Of a stretch of 64,000 bases of DNA, positions 1 through 9,309 are shown piece after piece. The position numbers and the translations under genes are program-made. The stretch covers positions 352,001 to 416,000 of the forward strand of contig CBDCSU010000004.1 of NCBI GenBank assembly GCA_965221775.1, given 5' to 3'. This DNA is from Candidatus Latescibacterota bacterium (GTDB lineage Bacteria > Latescibacterota > UBA2968 > UBA8231). Positions within the stretch are counted from its first letter, which is position 1. Each line of letters begins with the position of its first letter. The notes beneath the pieces were generated by a model. The model had not been told where the DNA came from. It saw nothing but the letters and a program-made list of their open reading frames with translations, and made no database searches.

Positions 1-1
1 G

Positions 2-2155
2 GTGAATAGAGCCATCCCACAGGAGTACGGCGACCACCTGGCGGCGCGCCGGGACCGCGCCCTGGGGGACAGCGGTGAGCGCCTCTCCTTCCGCGCTCTC
101 TGGGTGGGCGGCTTCCTCTCCTTCTTCCTCGCCGTGGGCGCCCCCTACGGCAACATGATCCTCCGCGGGTCCTTCATGGCCATGGACTTCAGCACCCCGG
201 GGGCGATCTTCCTCTTCCTCTTTCTCATCGGCCTTCTCAACTGCGCCTTCAAGCTCGCCCGGCAACCTCCCGTGGCTCTCGGTCTCGCCCTCTCGGCGAC
301 CGCGGCCTGGCTGGTCGTCTACCGGCCGGTCATCGCCGACCTCGACTACCACTCCCCGGGCCTGATGATGGCCACCTTCCTGGTGCTGACCACCTGGCTC
401 AACCTGCCCGTGGTGCTGCGCGGCGGCAGCCTGGCCCTCAACCGCTCCGAGCTGGTCCTTGTCTACGCCATGCTGCTCATCGTCTCCGCCCTGTGCACCA
501 TGGGCCTGACCGAGCAGATCCTGCCGATCATCACGGCGATCTACTACTTCGCCACCCCGGAGAACCGCTGGGCCGAGAAGCTCTTTCCCCACCTGCCGGA
601 GCGGGTGATGGTGAACGACGGCACGGACAGCCGCCTGTTCTACGAGGGCCTCGGTCCGGAGGAGGCGATTCCATACGCCTCGTGGGTGGAGCCTCTCCTC
701 TGGTGGGGGATCTTCCTGCTGGCCCTCTACGTGATGATGGTTTCGGTGGCGGTGATCCTTCGCCGCCAGTGGATGGAGCGCGAGCGACTGGCCTACCCGA
801 TCGCCCAGGTGGGCCTCTCCATGATCCGGTCGGAGCACGCCGACCGGGCGGTGAACGGCTTCTTCAAGCAGCCCGTCATGTGGCTGGGAGCGGCCCTGCC
901 CCTGCTCCAGGGCAGCGTGCGGGGCCTCAAGTTCTATGAGGTGCCCGTGCCCACGACGCGCCTGGAGTGGCATCTGCCCTTCATCGGCCGCCAGACCCTG
1001 CATCTGAGCGTCAACTTCGCCGTCCTCGGGTTCTCCTACTTCATCAACGCCAACATCGCCGCCGGCATCTGGGTCTTCCACCTGCTCTCCACCCTGGAGA
1101 AGCAGGTGCTCATCCTCACGGGGGTGCAGTCATCGCAGAAGATCGGCCTCGGCGTCTCCGACTACCCCTTTCTCGGGTACCAGGGGGTGGGGGCGCTGCT
1201 GGCCATGGTGATCGGTGTCCTGTGGGTGGGCCGCGAGCACTGGCGGCGAGTGCTGCTCAAGGCCATTGGACAGGCGCCCGAGGTCAGGGACGACGACGAG
1301 ATCCTGTCCTACCGGGGCGCCGTGGCCGGAGCCCTGGGAGGCACCGCCGTCATGACGGCCTGGCTGTGGTACATGGGGACGCCCCTGTGGGTGGCCCTGC
1401 TCTTCATCCTGGTGGCGGTTCTGATCTTCATCGGAATCACGCGGGTCGTGGCCGAGGCCGGGCTGGCGGTCGTCCGCGGGCCGATGATCGCCGGCGACCT
1501 CGTGGTGCAGGGAGTCGGTTCCTCCCTGATCGGCCCCGCGGGGGTGGTGAACCTCTCCCTGGCCCACGTCTGGGCCGCCGACATCCGTGTCTTCGTCATG
1601 GGCACCGCCTCCAACGCCCTCAAGATGATCGAGGAGATGGAGCCCCGGAACCGCCGCACCGTGTTCTGGGCCATGATCGCCGCCCTCTTCATCGGCGCCG
1701 CCGGCTCCATGTGGATGATCTTTCACATGGCCTATCTCCACGGGGCCCTCAACCTGAACGGCTGGTTCTTCCAGGGGCTGCCCAGGTACGCCTACGGTGC
1801 GGCCCTGCGCAACATGGAGCCCCAGGGGACGTACTGGCCCGGGCTGGGCTTCTTCGGCAGCGGGGCCGGCGCCATGGTCATCCTCATGTGGCTGCGCCAG
1901 CGCCTTCCCTGGTGGCCCGTCCATCCCATCGGTCTTCCCGTGGCCGCCACCCCCATGATGAACCGCCTCTGGTTCAACGTCTTCGCGGCCTGGGTCGTCA
2001 AGCGCGCCGTCCTGCGCTACGGCGGCGCCACCGCCTTCAACCGCAGCCAGCCCTTCTTTCTCGGGCTGATCAGCGGCCAGGTCCTGTGCAGTGGAGGCTG
2101 GCTGGTGATCGACTACTTCGCAGGCGCTGTGGGGAACTACCTTTACGAGATATGA
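2..2155 (+). CDS. Polytopic membrane protein, DUF6785/DUF6784-like (OPT-superfamily-like transporter subunit)
   Basis: 717 aa with many hydrophobic segments. It has the ERERLAYPIAQ motif and a C-terminal WWPVHPIG...RYGG...PFFLGLI pattern that I recall from DUF6785/6784 proteins. The GTG start is at the window edge, and the stop overlaps the next ATG (ATGA). Confidence 0.7.
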   Translation: MNRAIPQEYGDHLAARRDRALGDSGERLSFRALWVGGFLSFFLAVGAPYGNMILRGSFMAMDFSTPGAIFLFLFLIGLLNCAFKLARQPPVALGLALSATAAWLVVYRPVIADLDYHSPGLMMATFLVLTTWLNLPVVLRGGSLALNRSELVLVYAMLLIVSALCTMGLTEQILPIITAIYYFATPENRWAEKLFPHLPERVMVNDGTDSRLFYEGLGPEEAIPYASWVEPLLWWGIFLLALYVMMVSVAVILRRQWMERERLAYPIAQVGLSMIRSEHADRAVNGFFKQPVMWLGAALPLLQGSVRGLKFYEVPVPTTRLEWHLPFIGRQTLHLSVNFAVLGFSYFINANIAAGIWVFHLLSTLEKQVLILTGVQSSQKIGLGVSDYPFLGYQGVGALLAMVIGVLWVGREHWRRVLLKAIGQAPEVRDDDEILSYRGAVAGALGGTAVMTAWLWYMGTPLWVALLFILVAVLIFIGITRVVAEAGLAVVRGPMIAGDLVVQGVGSSLIGPAGVVNLSLAHVWAADIRVFVMGTASNALKMIEEMEPRNRRTVFWAMIAALFIGAAGSMWMIFHMAYLHGALNLNGWFFQGLPRYAYGAALRNMEPQGTYWPGLGFFGSGAGAMVILMWLRQRLPWWPVHPIGLPVAATPMMNRLWFNVFAAWVVKRAVLRYGGATAFNRSQPFFLGLISGQVLCSGGWLVIDYFAGAVGNYLYEI

Positions 2156-5100
2156 CGGGATCCCTCTTCCGACCTGCCCGGGCGCTCACCGCCTGGCTGC
2201 TGCTGTCTGCCGCGGCCTTTGCCGACGGCCCCGACCTGTGGGCCATCGCCGACGAGGGGGAGCGTCTGCGGGCGAGCGTGGAGTACCTCTCCGGCCTCGG
2301 CTCCCGCATCAGCGGACACGAGGGGGCCCGGCGCGCCGGGGACTGGATCGAGCGCCAGCTGGCGGCCCTCGACCTGGGCTCCGTGCACAGGGAGACCTTC
2401 CCGATCACCGTGCCGGTGGAGCTGGGCGGCCGCAGCCGCCTGGAGGTCGTCGACACCGGTGAGGAGTTCGACATGCACGGGTTGTGGCCGAACGGCCCGC
2501 GCACGACGACGACCCCGCCCGAAGGCCTGGAGGGCCAGCTCACCTGGGTCGGCAACGGCGAGTACACCGACTTCGAGGGCCGGCAGCTGCACGGCCGCGT
2601 AGTCCTGATGGAGTTCAACACCTGGGACCGCTGGGTGCGGCTGGCGGCGCTCGGCGCCAGGGCGGTGATCTTCATCGAGCCGGCGGAGACTTCCTACCCC
2701 CAGACCGAGGACAAGAGCCTCATCGTTCCCGTCGATGTGCCGCGGTTCTGGGTCGGGGCAGAGGCGGGGCGGCAGCTCCGGCGAAGACTGGAGGGGGGAG
2801 CCGAGATCGGCGTCCGCCTGCACAGCCGGATGGACTGGCTCGAGCGCCCCTGCGCCAACCTCTGGGTGGAGATCGCCGGTGCCGACACGGCCCTGGCGCG
2901 GCAGCGGATCGTCGTTCAGAGCTACTACGACGGGACCTCGATCGCGCCCTCCCTGGCGCCCTCGGCCGAGGCTTCCAGCGGCGCCGCGGCGATGCTGGAG
3001 CTGGCCCGCCATCTGCGCGACCATCGGCCCGCACGGACGGTGGTTCTCCTGCTCACCGGCTCCCACTTCCAGGACCAGGCGGGGATCGTCGACTTCGTCG
3101 AAAGCCACACCCGCAAGTCGGACTTCCACGCCCCTTTCACCGACTCGATGGCCGTCGATCTGTACCTCGGTCTCGACCTGTCCACCAAGACCGACCAGGT
3201 GGCGATCTGGAACAACACCACCAGCTTCGACCTCAAGCGGTTCTACGTCCCCTTCGGGCGGCGCTACACCCGGTACGCCGAGGAGACGGCCGCCGAGCTC
3301 GGACGGCGGGGCGAGCCGCTGCTGCTCAACGGCATCTCTCCCATCCGGGGGATGGACTGGTCCACTTTCGTCCCCGACGGTGCCATCGTCGACACCCGCA
3401 TGGCCATGCTCGCCGGCCAGGTGGCCCTCTCCTTCGTCACCGCCCACGACGCCCGCTTCCCCCTGGCCACCCCCCTCGACACGCCGGGCCGGATGAACCT
3501 CGGCAACCTCCGGAGCCAGTCGCGGTTCCTCAAGGGCGTGCTGTCCCGGTCCTTCGACGACCCCGACCTGTTCACGGGTCTGGAGGACTTCGGCCCCGTT
3601 CTCAAGGACCAGCTGCGCAGCCACACCGTTCGCGTGCGGGCCTTCCCGCGCCGCAGCCAGATCCCCGACCGCCCCGTGGCCGACGCCCTGGTGATGGTGG
3701 GATGGGGAATGCACAAAGGCCTGAACATGAGCCGGGCCTACCTGACAGACGAGTTGGGCGACGTCACCGTGTCGGGACTGGTGGTCGGCGCAACCACGGT
3801 GGTGGCCTATGTCCTCGACCGGGAGACAGGGGAGGTCGTCTACGCTCCGGACCTGAGCGAGCGCGGCCAGAAGCACCACGGCAAGCCCCTGGCCAGCGGC
3901 CGCATGAACTGGAGCATCCGCTGGAACAAGGACAGCAAGCCCCTCGTCGTCTTCCCGAGCATGCAGAGGACCCTCTTCGGGCTGACCCATCCCAACCAGC
4001 TGGTGGGGCTGTCCACCCTGACGATGCTCGGCAGCGGCGGCATCGCGCCCCGCCAGTTCGGCTACGCCTTCGGCCGCACCCTGAGCAGCAACCTCTGCGT
4101 CGTCTTCGCGCCCCAGGAGGCGGCCGTCGAGGATCCCCGCGTGAAGATGCTCTTCGGCGACATGCTGCTGATCAACAGCCCGGGGGGCACGTCGGAGCAG
4201 GAGGCCAAGGGCGCGGGGTACGACCTGGCGGTGGACGACCTGCTGCCCTCGGAGTTGTTCGCCCTGCGCGACACCTGGAGGCTCAACGAGGCCCGCCTGG
4301 CCACGATGCGCTCCCACGCCATCGAGAACCAGCGCATCACCCGCCTCCACGAGGCCGGCCGCCGGTTCCTCGCCAGGGCCGAGGACTCGCTGCGGGAGGG
4401 GCGCTGGCGGGACTACGTCGCCGAGGTCCGCTCCGGCCTGGGGGTGACGTTGAAGGCCTATCCCCAGGTGAAGGCCACCCTCAACGACGTGATCAAGGGC
4501 ATCGTCTTCTTCCTGGCCCTGGTGGTGCCCACCGCCTTCTTCGGGGAGCGCCTGCTCTTCGCCGCCTCCGACATCCGCTGGCAGATCGGGGGGTTCTCCG
4601 TCCTCCTGCTGATCGTGTGGATCCTGATCTCCCAGGTCCATCCGGCCTTCGACATCGCCCACCCCCTGATCATCCTCCTCGCCTTCTTCATCATGGCCAT
4701 GGCCGTCTTCGTGCTGGGCATGGTATCGAGCCGGTTCAACCGGTTCATCAAGGAGTACCAGGCCGAGAGGGCCAAGGTCCACGAGACCGACATCAGCCGC
4801 GTCAGCGCCGCCTACGCCGCCTTCATGCTCGGCATCTCCAACATGCGCAGGCGCAGGCTGCGCACCGGACTGACCCTGCTCACCCTGACCTTGCTCACCT
4901 TCACCGTCCTCTCCTTCACCTCCGTCCGGCCCGAGGTGTGGTACTTCGTCTTTCCCCTCCGCCACGAAGGGGCCTACACGGGGGCCCTGATCCGCGACCG
5001 CGGCTGGAGCTCCCTGCCGGAGACCACCCTCGAGTACGCCCGCTCCCACTTCGAGGAGCACGGCCTCGTGGTACCGCGGAACTGGTATATCACCTACGAC

Positions 5101-6603
5101 GACGAGGAGAAGAAGTACACGGAGATCCGGCGCGACGGCCGGATGGTGCGCGCCACCGGTCTCCTTGGCCTCACCTCCGAGGAGCAGCGGGTGACCGGAC
5201 TGGCCTCGACCCTTGCGGCGGGGAGCTGGTTCGAGGGTGGCGGCGAGTCGACCTGCCTGATCTCGGAGGGCATGGCGGAAGGTCTGGGTATCGACCCCGG
5301 AGAAGTAGGCCGGGCCGAGGTGCAGGTCTTCGGCAAGAGGCTGACCGTGGCCGGAATCTTCTCCGCCGATGCCTTTGACGAAGTGCGGGATCTGGACGAC
5401 GAGCCCCTCAGTCCGGCGGACTTCCAGCTGTCGAGCATGCAGGCCCTGGGTCCCATGGAGGGGCCGCAGATGACGGTGCAAGAGGAGGAGGAGGCGCAAG
5501 AGGTGCGGCCCTTCGTCCACCTGGACCCCGCCAACGTGCTCATCCTGCCCTACGAGACGCTGAAGGTCGCCTTCGGCGACCTGCGGTCCGTGGCCATCCG
5601 CTTCGACGAGGGCGCCCCGGCCCAGGAGCTGATCGAGGAGTTCCTGCAGCGCATCTCCGGCACCGTCTTCGCCGGCCTTCCGGACGAAGAGGGCCGCATC
5701 AGGGTCGTCTCGTACACCTCCCTCGGCGGCACCTCCGTCGAAGGTCTGGCGGCCCTCACCGTGCCCATGCTGATCGCCGCCCTCATCGTCCTCAACACGA
5801 TGATGGGCGCCGTGTACGAACGCTTCCGGGAGATCGGCATCTACTCCTCCGTGGGGCTGGCGCCGATGCACATCGCCCTGCTCTTCATCGCCGAGGCCTG
5901 CGTGTACGCGGTCATGGGGGTGACCCTGGGCTACCTCATCGGCCAGATCCTCGGCCGGGGGCTGGTGCACTTCGACCTGCTGGGGGGCATGAACCTCAAC
6001 TACTCCTCCTTTGCCGCCATCCTCGCCGCCTGCATGGTCATGGGCGTGGTGCTGCTGTCCACCATCTACCCGGCCCGCGTCGCCTCCCGGTCCGCCGTTC
6101 CCGACACGGTGCGCCGCTGGCGGCCGCCACCGCCCGACGGCGACCGCTGGGAGTTCGACTTCCCCTTCATGGTGGGCCAGAGCGAGGTGGTGGGGATCTG
6201 CGGGTTCCTGGCCAACTTCTTCAGCGCCTACAGCGAGGAGTCGATCGGCGACTTCTACGCCGACAAGGTACGGATCACCACCGAGGAGACACCGGCGGGC
6301 AGGGAGTACGCCGTGCAACTGCTCTTGTGGCTGGCCCCCTTCGACATGGGCGTGAGCCAGTTCCTGCAGATCGAGCTGGCGCCCACCTCCACGCCGGGGG
6401 TCTTCGACGTGCAGATCTACATCCACCGGGTGAGCGGCCAGGACACCTACTGGCAGCGCGTCAACCGCCGCTTCGTCAACCACCTGCGCAAGGAGTTCCT
6501 GATCTGGCACACCCTCGACGCGGAGTCCAAGGCCTTCCACGACCAGAGCGCGCGAGAGCGGATCGCGGCTGAGGCGGAGGCGGAAGTGGAGGCGGCGACC
6601 TAG
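2152..6603 (+). CDS. Large fusion: signal peptide, PA/M28 peptidase-like domain, TM helices and MacB/FtsX-like permease
   Basis: ATG at 2152 overlaps the upstream TGA, giving 1483 aa. It has a signal peptide (AWLLLSAAAFA), an M28-like segment (IVVQSYYDG...SSGAAAMLELAR), a MacB-type RRRLRTGLTLLTL helix and an FtsX motif (VYERFREIGIYSSVGLAP...FIAEA). Confidence 0.75.
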   Translation: MTGSLFRPARALTAWLLLSAAAFADGPDLWAIADEGERLRASVEYLSGLGSRISGHEGARRAGDWIERQLAALDLGSVHRETFPITVPVELGGRSRLEVVDTGEEFDMHGLWPNGPRTTTTPPEGLEGQLTWVGNGEYTDFEGRQLHGRVVLMEFNTWDRWVRLAALGARAVIFIEPAETSYPQTEDKSLIVPVDVPRFWVGAEAGRQLRRRLEGGAEIGVRLHSRMDWLERPCANLWVEIAGADTALARQRIVVQSYYDGTSIAPSLAPSAEASSGAAAMLELARHLRDHRPARTVVLLLTGSHFQDQAGIVDFVESHTRKSDFHAPFTDSMAVDLYLGLDLSTKTDQVAIWNNTTSFDLKRFYVPFGRRYTRYAEETAAELGRRGEPLLLNGISPIRGMDWSTFVPDGAIVDTRMAMLAGQVALSFVTAHDARFPLATPLDTPGRMNLGNLRSQSRFLKGVLSRSFDDPDLFTGLEDFGPVLKDQLRSHTVRVRAFPRRSQIPDRPVADALVMVGWGMHKGLNMSRAYLTDELGDVTVSGLVVGATTVVAYVLDRETGEVVYAPDLSERGQKHHGKPLASGRMNWSIRWNKDSKPLVVFPSMQRTLFGLTHPNQLVGLSTLTMLGSGGIAPRQFGYAFGRTLSSNLCVVFAPQEAAVEDPRVKMLFGDMLLINSPGGTSEQEAKGAGYDLAVDDLLPSELFALRDTWRLNEARLATMRSHAIENQRITRLHEAGRRFLARAEDSLREGRWRDYVAEVRSGLGVTLKAYPQVKATLNDVIKGIVFFLALVVPTAFFGERLLFAASDIRWQIGGFSVLLLIVWILISQVHPAFDIAHPLIILLAFFIMAMAVFVLGMVSSRFNRFIKEYQAERAKVHETDISRVSAAYAAFMLGISNMRRRRLRTGLTLLTLTLLTFTVLSFTSVRPEVWYFVFPLRHEGAYTGALIRDRGWSSLPETTLEYARSHFEEHGLVVPRNWYITYDDEEKKYTEIRRDGRMVRATGLLGLTSEEQRVTGLASTLAAGSWFEGGGESTCLISEGMAEGLGIDPGEVGRAEVQVFGKRLTVAGIFSADAFDEVRDLDDEPLSPADFQLSSMQALGPMEGPQMTVQEEEEAQEVRPFVHLDPANVLILPYETLKVAFGDLRSVAIRFDEGAPAQELIEEFLQRISGTVFAGLPDEEGRIRVVSYTSLGGTSVEGLAALTVPMLIAALIVLNTMMGAVYERFREIGIYSSVGLAPMHIALLFIAEACVYAVMGVTLGYLIGQILGRGLVHFDLLGGMNLNYSSFAAILAACMVMGVVLLSTIYPARVASRSAVPDTVRRWRPPPPDGDRWEFDFPFMVGQSEVVGICGFLANFFSAYSEESIGDFYADKVRITTEETPAGREYAVQLLLWLAPFDMGVSQFLQIELAPTSTPGVFDVQIYIHRVSGQDTYWQRVNRRFVNHLRKEFLIWHTLDAESKAFHDQSARERIAAEAEAEVEAAT

Positions 6604-6606
6604 ACC

Positions 6607-9309
6607 ATGGCCGAGAACGAGAACGGAAAGAAGAGCCTGCGCCAGCGACTGCGGAAGACGCAGTGGCAGGAGGTGGAGGAGTACCGCGCCCTGCTGGAGC
6701 CGGCCGAGCAGTTCGAGAGCGGCTTCACGATGCGCACCATCATCGGCGTCATCTTCATCTCCCTGGTCATGACCCCGGGGGAGATGTACCTGGGCCTGGT
6801 CACCGGCGGGGGCATCGGCGCCGCGGCCCAGTGGGTGACGGTGATCCTCTTCCTGGAGGTGGCCAAGCGCTCCTTCACCTCCCTGCGCCGGCAGGAGATC
6901 TACCTGCTGGTGTACGTGGCCTCGGCCCTGGTGGCCCGCGAAGAAGGGGCCTTCCTCGACCTGCTCTTCCGGCAGTACTTCGTGCGCTCCGCCGAGGCCG
7001 AGCAGTTCGGGATATCCAAGCTGCTGCCGTTCTGGTACGTCCCCCATCCCGAGTCGCCGGCCCTGGCGGCGCGCACCTTCCTGCACCGCGACTGGCTGTG
7101 GCCGATCGCGCTGCTGATCATGGGCACCATCGTCGGCCGCATCAGCTGGTTCACCTCCGGGTACCTGCTCTTCCGCCTGACCTCGGACCGGGAGCGTCTG
7201 CCCTTTCCCACGGCGCCCATGTCGGCCCTCTCGGCCATGGCTTTGGCCGAGGAGAGCGGCGGCGAGAAGGAGACCTGGAAGTGGCCCGTGTTCTCCCTGG
7301 GAGGGGTCATGGGCGCCCTCTTCGGGATGGTCTATGTGGGCATTCCCACCCTGACCGAGGTCCTGCAGGGGACGAAGATCATGCTGATCCCCATCCCCTG
7401 GTGGGACCTGACGCCGTACCTGGGCAACCTCCTGCCGGCCGCGCCCATAGGGATCACCCTCAACCTCGGCATCATCTTCGGCGGTCTCCTGGCCCCGTTC
7501 TGGGGGATCGTCGGGTCCAGCCTAGGCGTGATCGTGCACACCGCGGTCAGCCCCTGGCTGCACTCTCAAGGCCTGCTGCCCGGCTGGTCCCTGGGGATGG
7601 GCCTGATCGAGACCTCGATCGTCACCGGCATCGATTTCTGGAGGGCCTTCTCCATCGGCATCACCGTGGCGGTGACGATCATCAGCTTCTACCAGCTCTT
7701 CGCCACCGCCCGCCAGCGCCGCCTGGCCACGCGCGACGAGTTCCTCGGAGAGAAACGCGAGTACCCGAGGACCTGCGTCCACGACGGCTGCAACGCCCCC
7801 TCGCAGGTCCGCGGCTACTGCATCAAGCACCTCGGACGGGGCGACTTCAACCTCTGGGTCTGCGTCGTCCTCTTCGCCGTGGCCGCCCTCTATCCCATCG
7901 TCCTGGCCAAGACCCTCTTCCCGGCCCTGGTGACCACGGGCCTGCTCCTGACGTTCTTCGGCATCGCCTTCGTGTACGCGCCGATCATGTCCTTCGTCTC
8001 GGCCCGTCTCGACGGGCTCATCGGCCGCGAGGTGTCGATCCCGTACATCAACGAGGCGATCATCTTCCTCACCGGGTACCGGGGCGTGGACATCTGGTTC
8101 GTTCCCTTCCCGACCCGCAACTACGGGGGCCACGCCGAGGGCTTCCGCGTCGTCGAGCTGACGGGCATGCGCTTCACCAGCCTGCTCCATGCCGAGCTGT
8201 TCATGCTGCCCATCGTCTTCGGCGTGAGCCTCATGTACTGGAGCTTCCTCTGGCGCCTGGGGCCCATACCCTCGGAGAGCTACCCCTACGCCCAGCTCAT
8301 GTGGCCCCTGCAGGCTTTCAACCAGGCCCTGTTCTACTCCAGCACCATGTACAACAAGATGTGGCGGGCGGGGGAGGAGGTGGACGGGCGCCGCGTCGCA
8401 GGCGGCGAAGTGGTCTGGAGCCCCTCCAACCTGCAGGACCGGGAGTGGTGGTACTGGCGAGTGCGCGCCACGGACGATGTGCACGTGCCCGATCAGGAAA
8501 GGCGGGAGTACGGCGCGTGGTCGAAGACGGGGTACTTCTACACCAACTTCGGCGACGGCACACCGCCGTCAGAGGTGCCGGAACGCGTCCTCGACCTGCT
8601 CGCCGACGCGAAGCGGAGGGCGGAGCTGAAAAGCAATCCGTCCCGCGCTCCCCCCGAGCCCGCGGCCCTCGGACACACGGCGGAGCTGCTCTGGCCCGCG
8701 CCCGGCGAGGTCGTGGACACGGCGAACCCGAACTTCCACGCCCGGGTGACGGGGGTGGCGGACTCCCTCGAGCTCTACTTCGAGGTGGACCGACTGCCCA
8801 CCTTCGACGGGGAGTTCCTGCAGCGCTCCTCGGACTGGCCGCTCATGTTCACCGCCTTGTGGCGGGACGTTCGCTACACGGGCGACCGTCGGGACAACGA
8901 CGGCGACGGCCTCGTCGACGAGGAGCTCTACAACCTCGAGGACGACGACGGCGACGGGCTGACCGACGAGGACTTCCACCACCCCCTCGATGGCTACAAG
9001 TGGCCGATCATGGTGGGGGGCGCCGGCTTCGGGCTGCTGATGTACTTCGGCCTCTCCTTCCTCGGATTGCCTGTCTTCCTGATCTGGGGGTACGTGCAGA
9101 GCGTTCTGGGGATACCCACGAGTCTGCTGCCCCAGCTGGCCGGGGCCCTGCTCGCCCGGTTCTATTTCTGGAAGCGCTACGGACGGCAGGAGTGGCGCCG
9201 GTACGCCATGGTGCTCACCGTCGGCTTCGGCGTCGGCATGTCCCTCATCGGCATGTTCTGCGCCGCCCTCGCCATGGTCGCCAAGGCGGTCTCGGCCCTG
9301 CGCTACTGA
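6607..9309 (+). CDS. OPT-like oligopeptide transporter family membrane protein with soluble insertions
   Basis: 900 aa, starting 3 bp after the upstream stop. It has FTMRTIIG, DRERLPFPTAP and many TM segments, plus a CxxxxC-x9-CxxH insert and DxDGDG repeats. Confidence 0.65.
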   Translation: MAENENGKKSLRQRLRKTQWQEVEEYRALLEPAEQFESGFTMRTIIGVIFISLVMTPGEMYLGLVTGGGIGAAAQWVTVILFLEVAKRSFTSLRRQEIYLLVYVASALVAREEGAFLDLLFRQYFVRSAEAEQFGISKLLPFWYVPHPESPALAARTFLHRDWLWPIALLIMGTIVGRISWFTSGYLLFRLTSDRERLPFPTAPMSALSAMALAEESGGEKETWKWPVFSLGGVMGALFGMVYVGIPTLTEVLQGTKIMLIPIPWWDLTPYLGNLLPAAPIGITLNLGIIFGGLLAPFWGIVGSSLGVIVHTAVSPWLHSQGLLPGWSLGMGLIETSIVTGIDFWRAFSIGITVAVTIISFYQLFATARQRRLATRDEFLGEKREYPRTCVHDGCNAPSQVRGYCIKHLGRGDFNLWVCVVLFAVAALYPIVLAKTLFPALVTTGLLLTFFGIAFVYAPIMSFVSARLDGLIGREVSIPYINEAIIFLTGYRGVDIWFVPFPTRNYGGHAEGFRVVELTGMRFTSLLHAELFMLPIVFGVSLMYWSFLWRLGPIPSESYPYAQLMWPLQAFNQALFYSSTMYNKMWRAGEEVDGRRVAGGEVVWSPSNLQDREWWYWRVRATDDVHVPDQERREYGAWSKTGYFYTNFGDGTPPSEVPERVLDLLADAKRRAELKSNPSRAPPEPAALGHTAELLWPAPGEVVDTANPNFHARVTGVADSLELYFEVDRLPTFDGEFLQRSSDWPLMFTALWRDVRYTGDRRDNDGDGLVDEELYNLEDDDGDGLTDEDFHHPLDGYKWPIMVGGAGFGLLMYFGLSFLGLPVFLIWGYVQSVLGIPTSLLPQLAGALLARFYFWKRYGRQEWRRYAMVLTVGFGVGMSLIGMFCAALAMVAKAVSALRY

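Noticed and set aside
967-2151. 395-aa N-terminal extension of the 1878-aa ORF
   Set aside because: It is an Arg/Pro/Gly-rich off-frame shadow of the first gene. The real start is the ATG at 2152, which overlaps the upstream stop and is followed by a signal peptide.
2143-7086. 1647-aa antisense ORF, and similar long ORFs such as 48945-52115 (+) and 38973-41171 (-)
   Set aside because: These mirror well-supported genes on the opposite strand. Long stop-free antisense frames are expected at this GC content, and they carry no recognisable motifs.
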